Source: Diadema antillarum
Lineage: Eukaryota
DNA: 64,000 nucleotides
NCBI RefSeq assembly: GCF_040938485.1
Contig: NW_027271095.1
Span: forward strand, 124,001 to 188,000
Direction of reading: 5' to 3'
Each line of letters opens with the position of its first letter. Position 1 is the stretch's first letter. The translations under genes were made by a program, and so were the position numbers. Below are positions 63,780 to 64,000 of this stretch, in pieces. The notes below the pieces were generated by a model, which was not told the origin of the DNA, searched no databases, and saw only the letters and a list, made by a program, of their open reading frames with translations.

Positions 63780-64000
63780 CTGCAAACAGAGTAGAAATGC
63801 AAAATCATGCGAAATCATTCGATCATTATTCTGTTCTAGCCCCTCATAGATTGCACATTATCATCAAAAGTGATGTTGTTTATGATTTGCTACTGTTAAT
63901 CATAGTTAAAGGTCCTGTTTACCTTTGGGAGCAGTGATTTAAAAAATGTTCAAGATAAGACTCCACTAACAAGTATACTTTCGAAAGTAAGCGCTGATAT

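Overview
Eukaryotic (animal) genomic DNA, AT-rich and microsatellite-rich. It is probably from a marine invertebrate deuterostome such as a sea urchin, but that is an inference from composition only. All six genes I can support lie on the minus strand: the first coding exon of a SWAP70/DEF6-like gene (782-880, gene continues off the left edge); a tandem cluster of four intact five-exon theta-class glutathione S-transferases (A 4572-8552, B 25142-30831, C 36095-40906, D 45106-51598); and the last seven coding exons of an SLC43A-family transporter (59696-63779, 5' part off the right edge). GST B and C come from a recent tandem segmental duplication whose ends sit on (TA)n microsatellites. Comparing the two copies dates several insertions and deletions. 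The main result is an 11,039-bp segment (9464-20502) bounded by Kolobok-type termini and a TTAA duplication, whose empty site is visible in the duplicate copy at 32689. Other notable items: a Penelope-type hairpin with a minimal hammerhead-ribozyme-like motif, a fully paired tRNA-like gene with mismatched identity elements, two independent GC-AG introns in the GST cluster, a three-level nested transposon, and an inverted MITE dimer. All coordinates, alignments and counts were done by eye; no searches were run.
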